Below are positions 26,701 to 38,700 of a stretch of 64,000 nt of DNA, piece after piece. Source of the DNA: Lytechinus pictus (taxonomy: Eukaryota); contig NC_087252.1 in the NCBI RefSeq assembly GCF_037042905.1, positions 12,092,001-12,156,000 on the forward strand. The letters are read 5' to 3'. A program made the position numbers and the translations under genes. Under the pieces are notes generated by a model that did not search any database, was not told the origin of the DNA, and worked only from the letters and a program-made list of their open reading frames with translations. The stretch's first letter is position 1. Each line of letters begins with the position of its first letter.

Positions 26701-27108
26701 TGTCAGTTATTGGTAATGATAGAAGTGTTCCTAAGTCATTGCACTTTACAGGACTGATTGAGACTATTAAAAGGTGAAAAGTTGCACCTTACATGGTTCG
26801 CCTTAACATTTGACTAAAAATGGTGCAAAATTGCTCTTTTACTGCAGATTTATTTATTCATGTATTCAAATCTTCATATGAAGTAACCAGGTAAACCAGA
26901 CAGTTTGAATAACCTCAATTCAAATCATCTTAAGGTGTGACGGGTGAGGTCCCCGTCTGATCTTTTATATTTGATTTTACCCATAGCCTAATTTTACTAC
27001 AAAGAGGAATGCTAATAGCCAATATGTATGGATTATTATTGCTTGTAAATTCGACCTACCTTTACCGAGGAAAAGAAGAGCAAACCAACCCCAAATATGA
27101 TACGCCAT
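23786..27108 (-). CDS. G5: L-V-C2-C2-C2(degenerate) IgSF gene
   Basis: L 27060-27108 (MAYHIWGWFALLFLGK), V 26325-26675, A 25182-25514, B 24551-24892, C 24246 to stop at 23786. The C domain has lost its F-strand Cys (RIFSQ) and has a G-strand deletion. Confidence 0.8.
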
Positions 27109-28953
27109 TTGAGATCAAAGTGATTTTGACCAATCCAAAATCCTGGTAACATGGAAACATTCAATATCAAAGCATAAAAGAGTTGCAGCAGTTGAGACAA
27201 ATTTCGTTCATAGAAGACATCCTCGATGTGTCCCAAACACATTGAAGGAAAATGATGACAATGAGATTTGTTCGATTACTCTCGATCGTCCATGCCGTTA
27301 CCACATTTCAAAGTACGGCTTAATGTCTTGAGTTGTCAACGGTCGAAACTGAAAATAAGATGTTATGTCTATAAATTATAGTGTATTGCTGCATTTCAAT
27401 GATCTGGCGAGAGAGTGAGCTCTTTCTCCTATCCCATCTGAGGTTGAGGTTTGCTTAACCTACTAAAAGAAAACAATTGAGTTTGATGGCGTCTACAGAA
27501 CCGTCACGACACACACTTTTCAGGATTGGCACCAAGACGAAAACAACCAGCGGTAACTCAGTGAAATTGTTTCTTAACACATTTATTGCGTGTAAAATTA
27601 ATATTGATCCTAATCAACACCGTTAACTCTTTACATGCCACTGTCGAAAAAGGGTACTAAAATAATAAACAAATTATCAACTTACAACCAAGGCACTCCA
27701 CGTCAGAACCCCCCAAAACACACAACTTTGAAATTATCTTAATTACATCACATGTCATTTAACTTAAAAAGACATTATGTACTGACGTCATCGCGGCTCC
27801 CTCTTAGAGGCTGATTCCTTTCCATTTTAACAGATTAATGTTGGTGCTCTGCAGCTGGCACTTCTCTGACATCTCCGTTTACGTGTATTACTCCAGTCAA
27901 GGTATAATCCTAATTCCTAGTTGTTTCATTTGAGTTACTATTTTGATGATATTGGGTCCTATAAAAACATCGGGTATACTCCCAATTAGCAAAAATTGCA
28001 TTTGTCTATATTCATCTGTTCTTCACTAACCTTTTGTTAGATGTAAGAAGATCATCATTAAGGTTGTTAATATGAGTGTTCACATGTTTTCGATGTATAT
28101 CATAAAAATGTTACTTACCGTTTTCTTATACCATGAACACGTTCTCACGCAAACCCTTCATAGTAGGCCCTACTTGAATCATTCTTCTCAACCCTGCTCA
28201 TTCACAACAACAGACAAAACATTATGAAACAGGTTTCATTAAAACATCCCTTTGTTTTTATTTTTTGCTGAATCAATCTAACAAATTGAGAAAAATAGCG
28301 TGATATCACACCACATAGACATATAAATAGACCAATGTAACAATAAAGATGCAGCAACTATACTGTTAACACTGAAATACTGGTCATTTAGTGTTATACA
28401 TTCTAGTATATATACATAGTTCAACTCGTCTGCCTAGTGCATAGAGGGTGAATTATTTATGGAAGTATCAGTCATCATTCACAATTTATGACTGGATAAC
28501 TTGGGGTACTCAGTAAGCAATATAAAGTCACACGTTTGGTTGGAACAATATTCAAGATTATAACAGCATGATCAGTTTCTGTGCGAAAAGAAAATAATTA
28601 CTTTGAAAAGCATTCCTAAGAAATTGCATGCGTTTTGCCCCCCCCCCCCTCACTGAAAAAAAATACGGGTACGGCCGTGATAAACCTTGATTCAATCATC
28701 GAAATGAGGCATTGTCGATTATAATTGAATTCATTTGAATTTCCTTGTCAATATTTGTTTCATTAACCAGTTTCTTTGAAAAACTAAACAATGTGCCGAT
28801 ATTTTTGGTTTTCATTACTGCCATCGTCCTGATCTAGGCATACATGATATTTGCCGAACCTTGTGTTATTCAAGGACCGCAAAGTGGATGACGTAGATTA
28901 AACTGCCTGACAAAGAAGACGTTTGCTGTGGTCAATCCTATTTGCTATGAAGG

Positions 28954-31900
28954 TCAGAGTGTTTTCGGCATCATATCGAGCTTCTCTGTCTTCAGAGATG
29001 AATTTCCTGTGACGTTCCTTGACCCGATGTACCAGTGGATGAGAGGAGCCGGGTATCCGTTACGAGCTCTACAGGTTACGCTGGTCTCTCTGCCTTCGAG
29101 CATATCACCTGGGACAGTCATTGCGACTTCGTCTGGTAGCCCTTTATAGAAACATAAAGCCATTATTTATAGTTAAGCTTTCAGGTAAAGAAGTAAATTT
29201 GTTTTCTCTCTCTCTCTCTTTAACAGATCCCGGACAGTAAATTGGGGAATCGAACAGAATAACGATTAATCATCAATATCAACAATGATCAATTTGTTTC
29301 TTGAAAGGAATTGGAGTAAATATCTTGCATTTCTTTTCAGATTTCAAAAATTATTCTTTTGTCAGTCCTACCGTTCACAATATTGACTCCCGGTTATAAA
29401 ATCACTGAGGGAAACAACTCACCGTTAACAATTAGTCTAACTCCCAGTATCTTAAAAAAGTAAGCGTCGTCCATATTCGAGGAACATACAATGTGCATTC
29501 CATGGTTCGTGGCATCTGGCCTAATGGTTATGGTACTTTCAGTGTCAAACAAAGTGTCGTCTAAAACGCTCCCATAACTTGATACATTTGCATGGATCGG
29601 AGTCCTGTCAGAAGCACCAACTAACCAAAATGATAGCTCAGTTGCTGGAAATGACCCGATGCTTTTACAAGTGATTGAAGTCGGTGAATCTTCTTGAACG
29701 TATAGGACTGTTGATTGAGACTGGTTACCTCCAGTTAGAAAGAGCAGCACACTAGAAGGAAGAACTGTAGGTATGGCAAACCAGAGAAGAATCGTAAGAG
29801 AAAGTAGTAGAACCAAGAAGGAAGCATTGTATGATATGCGGACAGGCCCTTTGTGAAAAGCAGTTTTGTTACTTAATGATACCGCGTGTAAATAAACAAG
29901 ACATGATCTCAATATAAAAAAGTAAGAAATAAAGAAAATCGTGTTCACTGCGGAATGATGCTTGGAAACACTGATTCGTCATTATGTAGGTATGTAAATA
30001 GATTAAAATGGAGCTTAAATCGACGTAAAGTGTTAGCATATTTTGTCCAATGTTAAAGCTATTGTGGATGAATTGAGTGTTGCAAACGTTTGCTAGGACT
30101 GAAAATCTAGGATTGATATCAATACGTGTACACGTAATGATTGCCTGAATGATACATACCATAAACATTCAGAAGAACTGAGGATCTAAGACTCCCTTGT
30201 ATTTCAGGGTGTGATGCGATGCAGCTGAGACTCTTTTCGTGGTCAACTCTGGTGGGTGTGATTGTCAAAGTTTTCCGGGAGATATAAGATCCGTCTTTAA
30301 TGACATCAGATTGATCCTGATAAACAACGGTCACGTCCTCTGGTACTAGCCATTGCAGTACTGCGGGAGGCCTTGCCCTATTTGCTCCACATGTGATGCT
30401 AAACGACTCTCCAGCAGTTATGCTTACATTGGCGTTGTTAAAGTATTGCCGGCCCGAGTGGGCGTCAGACATGAAAACCCGTGAAGGCGGAACTGGAGAA
30501 AAACACAGTACATTAGAAATAAAAACCCTCATCCCAAATAGTTCCTTACCATTTCAGTTTTTAAATGATTAATCACTGAATGATTTTCTTGTTGGCGAGT
30601 ATGAACTCATGCCAAATTGTCAATGGGCTAAATAAACAAATAAATAATAAAATGTAATAAAACAGTCATAATATCATGTATATTATGTATAACCTTGCCA
30701 CATACATGTATGCCCCGTCAATTACAAAATTATTTGTATTCATATTTATTAACTTCTTACAAATAGCACGTGGGAAAGAGCCCGTTATATGAAATGATAC
30801 AGAAAGCAGGGGGGACGGGGGTTATCTACAGCTAAAAATATCTACAATTAAATCACCTTTCACATGTTTGGTGAACAAAAAGTATCGTCGATAGAATATT
30901 GCAGTTTGATCATGGGCCTTTTCACGCATTAATCTTGGATTCGTCTTTATAATCACCGGAACTTTTACAAGGAAAATTCGTACCGTGATATGGGTGAAAT
31001 TTTAATGGAATTTCCCTCTGGAGTAGAATTTAACTTCGTGATTGTGATTTAGCGTTCGTGATTCTAGTTTGGTTTCACACGTGTTAAAAAAACGTCATTA
31101 CCCTTATATTTCTTTTTTTTTTTACTGTTTTAAACTGCGAATAGTCACGAGGTCTAGGTAAAATGGGCTATTTCTTTCTTTTCGATGTCTTTTCAGTGGG
31201 TAAGAATGATGGCACAATATTGGATGAGTAGGCCTACGCATTCGTAGATATTTAATTTTATGTCATCGTGCTCATTTAGGCTAATGCAAATACTTCGTAG
31301 GGATGGGTTTTATCATTCTGTGAGAACATGGTCATGATTTAGACATTGCAAAGATTGAAAAGATGTTATGCGTCGCAAAACAATCAACAGACAACAATCT
31401 TAGCTGGGTGGAGTGAAATGTCTCCCATGCTGTCCAACCTCCATTTTGTTCTTACCTTGACTTAGTACCCTCAGTATTTCAGTCGCTGAACGTTCTCCAT
31501 GTAGGTTAAATACATTACATGTGTATATCCCATTGTCAGCAGTGTTTAAATTAAATATTGTAAGGGATGAGCTGCGGTCATCTCCCAATAACTTGTACTT
31601 TGTAGGATTAGAAATATTAGGTGTGCATTCACTTGCAGTTGTGCACCACTCAGACGCAATTCGTGTTTCTTCGTGTTTCCACTTGACAGTGCGAATATTC
31701 CAAGGAGGCCAATAGATGCACTCCATCGTAAAATCGTCTCCTTTGACGGGTAGCGTCTGACTTCGTTGAAAATAAATGGTGGCTGTAGACATGGTAAAGG
31801 GAGAGCCTGCAAATGGATTGGGTAGGAATATAATTGTAAAATATTGGTAATGATAGACGTATTGCTAATCCATAGTAACTTACAAGACGGTCATCTATTG

Positions 31901-32406
31901 TAGACTATCAAGAGCTGCGAAATTGCATCCTTTGCATTCGTGTTGATATTTGACTCAAACGTAATAAAAGGGTTCAAAATTGCACTTGTTCGTGTTTAGT
32001 TGCAGGTTGCACAATTTTGCGAAGGAAAACACCCTTCGTGCACCTTAAATGCGTAACACAGTCCATGGAGCTTGGATGCATATATGCCCAGGAAGCGCAT
32101 TCCGAGACATACGTGAACAACGGAATATTCTCTGATCCTGCTGATGACAAGCATGAATGGGAAAACATGTTTTTTGTCGGCAGTCTGCTTTGACTTTAAA
32201 CTCACTTGAAATAATCATATAGTAACGGAATAAGTCATACTTTCTATATTCTTAGTTTTATTAACAGCCTACCTTTACAAAGAGAAGAAAAAAAAAACAG
32301 CTACAAGCCAATATGTATAGATTCAATTTTATTCAAGTTTAATAAAATTCGACATACCTTTGCTAAACACAAGAAGAGCAAACATGCACCAAATATGGTA
32401 CGCCAT
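28954..32406 (-). CDS. G6: L-V-C2-C2 IgSF gene with frameshifted third C2 exon
   Basis: L 32358-32406 (MAYHIWCMFALLVFSK), V 31456-31806, A 30160-30492, B 29423-29764 intact. C exon from 29141 frameshifts after SSLKT (stop 28954); the ancestral frame also carries a TAA downstream. Confidence 0.75.
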
Positions 32407-33158
32407 TTGAGATCAGAGTGATAATGTCCAATCCAATAATCCTGGCAACAAAGAAACATTCAATAGTTGCAGTAGGTGAATCAAATTGTTTTTTAAGACA
32501 TTTCCGATGTGTATCAAACACATTGATGTAATAATGATGACGGTGTGATTTATTCGTTTACTTTCGCTAGCCTATGCCGTTAAGCACATTTCAAAATTAC
32601 ATGTACGACTTAATGTCTTAGGTTGTCAGCGGTCGAAAATGAAAGTACGATATTTCATGTATCAAATATATAGCTGCATTTGTTCGGGCGACAGAGTGTG
32701 CTCTTTCCCACAGCCGGTTTGATGTCGAGGTTGCTTAACCGAGCATACAATGGATTGGGAAGGCGTCCAGAGAACTGTCACGACACATACGCTTCGGGAT
32801 GATCTTTGGCAATCACATCATCGCACCGCTATCTTAGAGGACTCTGCCTTACATGCCTTGTTGATCTTCAACTGGCGCAAACCGTAAAACCAACCATTGT
32901 TTGAATGTTTGACACATGCGATTCTTATTAGATTAATTTGATAGACTTTAAAAAGGATTTCGATTTTTCTTCCGAAACATTTTGTTTTTCTTTTTTTGCA
33001 TTTTGGTGAACCCCTTAAAATCGAACCAGGGGAGATCACATCTATCTGAATATAAGATAAGCGCAACTGCATACCAGTCAGTCTGTCTAATCTAAAACAA
33101 TATTTTGTTTTTGTTCATTCCTACCGAATTCATAAGTCTCTACAACTTCCTGATCGTA

Positions 33159-34930
33159 ATGGCTTCCAGTACCAGCAGAGAAAAAAGGAAGAGAATCATG
33201 GTGAGATTTGGATATGCGATATAGATTATAAACCAATCAGAAGTTACTGCAGACAACATGAAATTCCCCTTTTCGGTCATTGCGCTACAGGAAATCACAA
33301 GAAAACATGTAGGGTAAAGAATATTCAGGATATAACCTCCGACTGCATGAACAATTTGGGTGAGAAACACCACAAGATATAACAAGCAAAAGGACATTCT
33401 ACAAACCGCTGAACCTACGATCGCAGCCGCCGAGGCCTCGATAAATAAGCATCTCCAGACAGTCAATGATAGCATTAAGGTTGCTCCCGAATGAAAGTTA
33501 AAGTGTGCACGGAACAAAGAGAACAGAATGATCAAAATGATCAACGATATAGAGAAGCTAGAAATCTATACTACAAGAGGTAATAGGAACAAATGTGTCG
33601 ACGTATGGAAGGTTGAAACAGCGAAGCGGGAGAGAATCATCGAAAACTAAGAAGAAATTCTTCTTTAAGATGTGATGGCAATTAGCGAAATCATTTCTAA
33701 AATGATTTAAAGGATCTTAATAGCCGAACTATGCATGAAATCGATACATTGAATAATATTCAATCGACATTTATATAAATAACCAAACGGGATAAAACAT
33801 TGGTGAATCAAACTCCTCAGGTACTAACATTTCCTGAAGAAACATCTTTGAATGTGTATTAAGACGCTGGCCACATCCTTAGAGAAATTAAGAGAGTGAA
33901 GTTTGTAGAGGGATGACTTGGTGAAGAATAATATGGTAGAATTGATGGGTACAGTACATCGGTAAACGGGAACTTGTCAAGTCAATCTATATTACGCCTG
34001 TCGTCAAGAAACCGGGGATTCGTGGATTAATCAGTGATGATGAAGTGTTCGTGTGGGACGAGGACAGTAACGCCATGTATGCTACAAATATCAGCACATG
34101 AATCACTCATTAATCGTTGATGAAGATCGGAGCATGTATATCACATCAGTTACCCTCAATAAACAGGGACGTGGTAGTCTGTGAAAAGTGGAAACCAGGT
34201 GACAGCCTGGATGAAGCATTGTCGATTTGAACTGTTAAAATTCATTTGAATTTCGTTGTCGATAGCATTTTTTTTCATTAACCGGTTTTTTTTAATGCGT
34301 CAGTCTCTACTACAGAAAGACAAATGTTACTAAAAATGTCAACGTAGGTCTACCTGTCCAAAGCTTTGACAGCGTTGCTGGTAATAATTGCCAGTACGTT
34401 GATGTTGACAGAAATTGGATGATCCTTACCAATCAACCCAAGCAGTGCAATATATATGTCTTCAGCCTAACCGATTCGAAAATAACAAGTACCATCGCAA
34501 TACAGAGTAAGAAAGTATTTGGTGAAATACACGTCTTGTCAACGAGTGATATCGTTTTGAAGTCGGATTTGGATGAATTCACTGTCGTTTAACGATCAGG
34601 GGAAGAGAAAGCTGTCATGCACTGCGATGATTGGTTGTATGCACGTAGTCACGTGGACAAACTCACATATACTCTCTACATAGTCTGCATTAGACGAATG
34701 GATGGGGCGCGTAAAAATTGCGTAGTTGATCAGGTTTCCTCTGATGGTATCATTCAGGCGAAGATCTATGAGGAATCAGATCGTGATTATTACCTCAACC
34801 CGTGTCTCCCCCCCCCCCCCTTCTGGTCGGCTTGTAAATGCTGTGAATGAGACAAGCTCCTTTTGTACAACAAAAGATTCATCGTGTAGTTCACCATTGC
34901 CTCTGAGCGAAAAGCTTATTGATTGAACAT
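33159..34930 (+). pseudogene. Decayed intronless gene, coiled-coil plus beta-propeller-like C-terminus (TRIM/NHL-like), copy 1
   Basis: Protein-like fragments broken by many stops/frameshifts: helical (..AAAEASINKHLQTVNDSIK..RMIKMINDIEKLE..) and beta-rich (KKVFGEIHVLSTSDIVLKSD..TLYIVC..VDQVSSDGIIQAKIYE). The family call is inference. Confidence 0.45.
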
Positions 34931-35712
34931 GTGTCTGATTTGTATGAATGCCTGCATTGATTTTAGTGTATGGTGAATCGTATACAAGAATCAGCCCTAC
35001 GATCAATTATCAAGTTTCAAGTTACAGTGCCCAAAAAGGTTACTGTCGTTTGTTATGATTATCATCGTATGGTTACAACAAAATATGTGTCACCGATATA
35101 ACTAACGTGTATGTAATAACAGATTTCGACGTAGGCACATATTAAACGGGGGTAAAGTCTTTTTGATGATTTGTTAGATCCCATCATTCCTTTCGGATAT
35201 TTTCACCTGCTTTTTTATCAAATTTGCTTCAAAATAATGGATTTCACTCGTTGGAATGTATACGCAATGTAAAATGTATTGCCAGGTATGATGATTGATA
35301 AATACTTCCTCATAGCAATACATCCACTGTATATTTGTAAATACAAATATCGTCAACATCTCGTGGTGTGATCCGTTCTTTAATCCACTAGAAGTAGAGG
35401 GCATACAGGGTAAGCTGGCTCCCATCATGTTTTTTGGTGAGTCTGATTCATGCTATTGCCTTCTTATCTTTGGCTCTCTCAAAACACTGTGGTCTGAATT
35501 TGTGTGTGTGTCCCGTCTCCTTCATTGCAGATTGTCATTCATTATTTTAACCCACTGCATTCCTTAGCATTACTATCAAATGCATTGGTTGGTATTGTGT
35601 GGATATTCTGTTATCCATTTTGTGAAATATGACAATAAAATAAAATCAAATCAAAGCTGATTCGACCTACCGACATTATTTCTGCATGTACAGCTCTGAT
35701 GCACCTAGGTTC

Positions 35713-38700
35713 TCAGGCAGCGAGGATAGTCGAAGATGTCGTCTGGTGTTGATTGACGATGAACCAAGAAGGTGAATCGGGTCTAACTGCAGTGTAAAGT
35801 TAATTAATTTAAAAATAATTGATAGTTAGCTAAGTAGTTTATCTAAGTAACTCTATAGACACAACAGGTGGATAACATTCATCTCATTAACGAAATTCAA
35901 TTACGAATTAATTCTAAAGACGATAACTCAGTTAGCCAAGAAACATTTCTGTTGTGCATAAATGCGCTATAGATATTAACAAAATATACCAATTCACCAA
36001 AGAAAAAGGGATTACACAAACGTAACAAACATTATCCTAAAATTCTGCATTACTCAACCGAGTTCCTTGCTTTAGAAATATAATTGGAAAACATCGAAAA
36101 TCATATTGATATGATACTGAATAACTAGGCACCTGTTATGTTTAAAACCATGCTATCATTCACGGACCAAGTGGTGGATAATGTAGGTAGAACTGCCAGG
36201 CACAGGAGATGTCTCCCATGGTCTGACCTCTTTGGCACGAAAGTCAAAGTGCTTTCAGCATCGCATCGACCTGCATCATTTTCACTAATATTCAGGGATG
36301 AATGACCTGTCATATTTCTTGAACCTATATACCAGTAAATGCGAGGAGCTGGGTACCCATTAGCAGCCTTGCAGATCACGGTGGCTTGTATCCCTTCTTT
36401 TAATTCAGCAGGGAAAGTCATAACGACCTCATCCGGTGGTGCTGTATATGGAAGCAGGAGACCGTCAAAAACACGGATATACGTCGTGTCGTAATTCAAT
36501 TTACTACACGACGTAAATAATTACGTAGTGTAGTAATTCGAATTACTACACGACGTAAATAATTACGTAGTGTAGTAATTCGAATTACTACACGACGCAA
36601 TTCTGAATTACTGCCCAACGATTTAATGTCATGACGTTAAATGAATTAGTGTCGCTACATCAAATAATTAAGGTCGTGTAGTAATTCCAATTACTACACG
36701 ACGTAAATAATTACGTAGTGTAGTAATTCCAATTACTACACTACCTAAAGAATTACGTCGTGTAGTAAATAATTACTACACGACGTAATTCCGAATTACT
36801 GCTCAACGATTTAATGTCATGACGTTAAATCAACCAATGGGATCGTTCGTTATAAACCTATAAAGCAATGCCAGCGCGGGGGAACTTGAATGCCGGCCGA
36901 TCGCGCTGGAGTTATCGACCAATAGCGCCCGACCAATAAGGATTTTGAAGATCATAGTGAACTATAAATTAATTTGTAAAGACATCCAACTTCTATTTGT
37001 TATATGTATTTTATTTTGTATATGAATTGAAGTTGTAAAAAAAACTACTGAATACAACAAAAAAATAATAATGATAAGAATAAAAAAACTCATACAGTTT
37101 TTTTTTACAACTTCAATTCATATACAAAATAAAATACATATAACAAAAAGAAGTTGGATGTCTTTACAAATTGATGCATACCTTGACAAACTCATAAATT
37201 AAACATCATTTTCTTCCCCTTAAGTGTTGCAATAAAACACAATGTCAGACATTTTCCAATACATAATTATTAATCATTACCAATGCTAATCGATGTTTAT
37301 AAGTTTTTTCGTTCCAACTTCAATAGATAATCGTTTACTCTTGATACCGATATCTTTTAACTTACTTTCAATTTCAATTCGTGCTTTTGTAGACACGGTA
37401 CACAAAATCTATTAATTTATAGTTCACTATGATCTTCAAAATCCTTATTGGTCGGGCGCTATTGGTCGATAACTCCAGCGCGATCGGCCGGCATTCAAGT
37501 TCCCCCGCGCTGGCATTGCTTTATAGGTTTATAACGAACGATCCCATTGGTTGATTTAACGTCATGACATTAAATCGTTGAGCAGTAATTCGGAATTACG
37601 TCGTGTAGTAATTATTTACTACACGACGTAATTCTTTAGGTAGTGTAGTAATTGGAATTACTACACTACGTAATTATTTACGTCGTGTAGTAATTGGAAT
37701 TACTACACGACCTTAATTATTTGATGTAGCGACACTAATTCATTTAACGTCATGACATTAAATCGTTGGGCAGTAATTCAGAATTGCGTCGTGTAGTAAT
37801 TCGAATTACTACACTACGTAATTATTTACGTCGTGTAGTAATTCGAATTACTACACTACGTAATTATTTACGTCGTGTAGTAAATTGAATTACGACACGA
37901 CGTATATCCGTGTTTTTGACGGTCTCCTGCTTCCATAGCTGTAGCATGTTAAGAGAAATGCAAAAAGCGACACGTTATATTGAAGCATCAAACTCAATAG
38001 CGGACATGAGTGATCTGCTTGATGAAGATTTATTTTTACAGGAAAATAAACATGTCGGCCTAATCAATTACCATATATTACTTTCCCAAACGCCCATTCT
38101 AGAATATTATAATCATTCTAGAAGATCAACGAAAAGACATCCAATGGTTATATCAACGAATACCACACACACACCTCCCTGGTTATACAGCTTAGCAACT
38201 TTTTAGTAACTAACTGCCCCTAACACATCTGTAAAATGCCAACAGAGACATACATATATGCATAAAGAAATGAAGCATACACTTACCATAGGTTGATATT
38301 GTAACAAACTGTTGTTCGACAAAATCTTCACCCAGATATACAAAGCACCAGAGAATCAACCATTGATACTTCCTATACAAATGCAACTTGTAAGTACTAA
38401 CTGTATCAAAGAGACTGTTGTCTTCAGGATTTTGAGTCTTCGACAGACTAATACTTCCAGGAGGAATATCAGGGTCGTCAATTCTCCATGTCATTTGAAC
38501 TGCCGGTCGTGATCCAATACTTTGACAGCTTATCGAAGCCGAGGAACCTTCGTGAACGTAAATAACTGTTGATGATGTCTGGTAGTCCTTGTCATTTCCA
38601 GATTGAAAGATTGTCGTGCTAGAGGGAAGAACTGTATAGGAAAGATGAAATAAAGATGGAAGAATCTGCAATATACTGTATGTCAATTTGAAATAGTTTG

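Noticed and set aside
35174..35530. ORF downstream of G7/G10 FN3 exon as TM/cytoplasmic tail
   Set aside because: No hydrophobic TM stretch, stops in all frames, and it lies after an in-frame stop; could be a decayed tail but unsupported.
36480..36800. Short AATTACTACACGACG repeats resembling a CRISPR array
   Set aside because: No unique spacers, eukaryotic context, and mirrored in the opposite TIR; they are subterminal repeats of a DNA transposon.
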